Shown: positions 62,701 to 64,000 of the stretch, piece by piece
Layout: each line of letters begins with the position of its first letter
How positions within the stretch are numbered: position 1 is the stretch's first letter
Source of the DNA: Mizuhopecten yessoensis
Lineage: Eukaryota
DNA: 64,000 nucleotides
Direction of reading: 5' to 3'
NCBI RefSeq assembly: GCF_002113885.1
Contig: NW_018408866.1
Location: forward strand, 799,700-863,699
Translations under genes and position numbers: made by a program
Notes under the pieces: generated by a model
Databases searched by the model: none
The model's input: the letters and a program-made list of their open reading frames with translations, nothing else
Told to the model about the DNA's origin: nothing

Positions 62701-63925
62701 GTGTTCACGTAAGATCCCCTCGTATATTGTTGTTTATAACTCCGACACGATTGTCACTATAACTCCGGCAGTGTTCACGTAGGATCACTTCGTATATTGT
62801 TGTTTATAACTCCGACAGGATTGTCACTATAACTCCGGCAGTGTTCACGTAGGATCACCTGGTATATTGTAGTTCATAACTCCGACACGATTGTCACTAT
62901 AACTCAGGCAGTGTTCACGTAGGATCACCTCGTATATTGTTGTTTATAACTCCGACACGATTGTCGTAACCCAGGCAGTGTTCACGTAAGATCACCTCGT
63001 ATATTGTTGTTTATAACTCCGACACGATTGTCACTATAACTCCGGCAGTGTTCACGTAGGATCACCTGGTATATTGTAGTTCATAACTCCGACACGCACG
63101 ATTGTCACTATAACTCAGGCAGTGTTCACGTAGGATCACCTAGTATATTGTAGTTTATACCTCTGACACGATCGTCGATAACTCAGGAAGTGTTCACGTA
63201 GGATCCCCTCGTATATTGTTGTTGATAACTCCGACACGATTGTCGATAACTCAGGCAGTGTTCACGTAGGATCACCTCGTATATTGTAGTTTATAACTCT
63301 GACACGATCGTCGATAACTCAGGCAGTGTTCACGTAGGATCACCTCGTATATTGTAGTTTATACCTCTGACACGATCGTCGATAACTCAGGCAGTGTTCA
63401 CGTAAGATCACCTCGTATATTGTAGTTTATAACTCCGACACGATTGTCGATAACTCAGGCAGTGTTCACGTAGGATCCATGGTATATTGTAGTTCATAAC
63501 TCCGACACGATTGTCGATAACTCAGACAGTGTTCACGTAAGATCACTTCGTATATTGTTGTTTATAACTCCGACACGATTATCACTATAACTCCGGCAGT
63601 GTTCACGTAGAATCACCTCGTATATTGTAGTTTATAACTCCGACACGATTGTCGATAACTCAGGCAGTGTTCACGTAGAATCACCTCGTTTATTGTAGTT
63701 TATAACTCCGACACGATTGTCGATAACTGAGGCAGTGTTCACGTAGGATCACCTGGTATATTGTAGTTTATAACTCCGACACGGTTGTCGATAACTCAGA
63801 CAGTGTTCACGTAGTATCACTTCGTATATTGTTGTTTAGTACTCCGACACGATTGTCGATAACTCAGGCAGTGTTCACGTAAAATCACCTCGTATATTGT
63901 TGTTTATAACTCCGACACGATTGTC
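59701..63925. repeat. Satellite array, about 68-bp unit, roughly 60 copies (4.2 kb)
   Basis: Unit CACGTAGGATCACCTCGTATATTGTAGTTTATAACTCCGACACGATTGTCGATAACTCAGGCAGTGTT, with 67- and 70-bp variants and truncated units in the middle. Confidence 0.97.
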
Positions 63926-64000
63926 AATATGATTGTGCTGGTCTAATAACATGAACTACACAACAACAATGAGCTTCGATCAGTCTATCAGCCTTTCTAT

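Noticed and set aside
59701-63925. CRISPR-like appearance of this and the other regular arrays
   Set aside because: Units are head-to-tail with no unique spacers, there are no cas genes, and the context is eukaryotic.

Overview
AT-rich, intron-containing animal genomic DNA, not prokaryotic; the repeat families suggest a mollusc, probably a bivalve (inference). Left to right: (1) two complete, tandem, same-strand 12-exon genes for secreted GH3 beta-xylosidase-like glycosidases (6913-18944, 750 aa; 20899-27173, 748 aa) with identical intron positions and a mosaic of near-identical and saturated exons, pointing to patchy gene conversion; (2) a convergent 7-exon SPATS1-like gene on the minus strand (42709-29288, 256 aa) with an RFX X-box and forkhead motifs just upstream; (3) in its first intron, a three-level nest of mobile DNA (a miniature LTR element split by a CR1 LINE, itself split by a 195-bp TIR element) next to a structurally complete 386-bp miniature LTR retroelement (TRIM) whose LTRs contain a tRNA-like pol III cassette; (4) a decayed L1/Tx1-type LINE; (5) the first coding exon of an unidentified, probably N-myristoylated protein (51229-51582); (6) ten unrelated minisatellite/satellite arrays (25-68 bp units), ending in a 4.2-kb 68-bp satellite. 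No CRISPR, rRNA or intact tRNA gene was found. Exon boundaries were read by hand from GT-AG sites and frame continuity.
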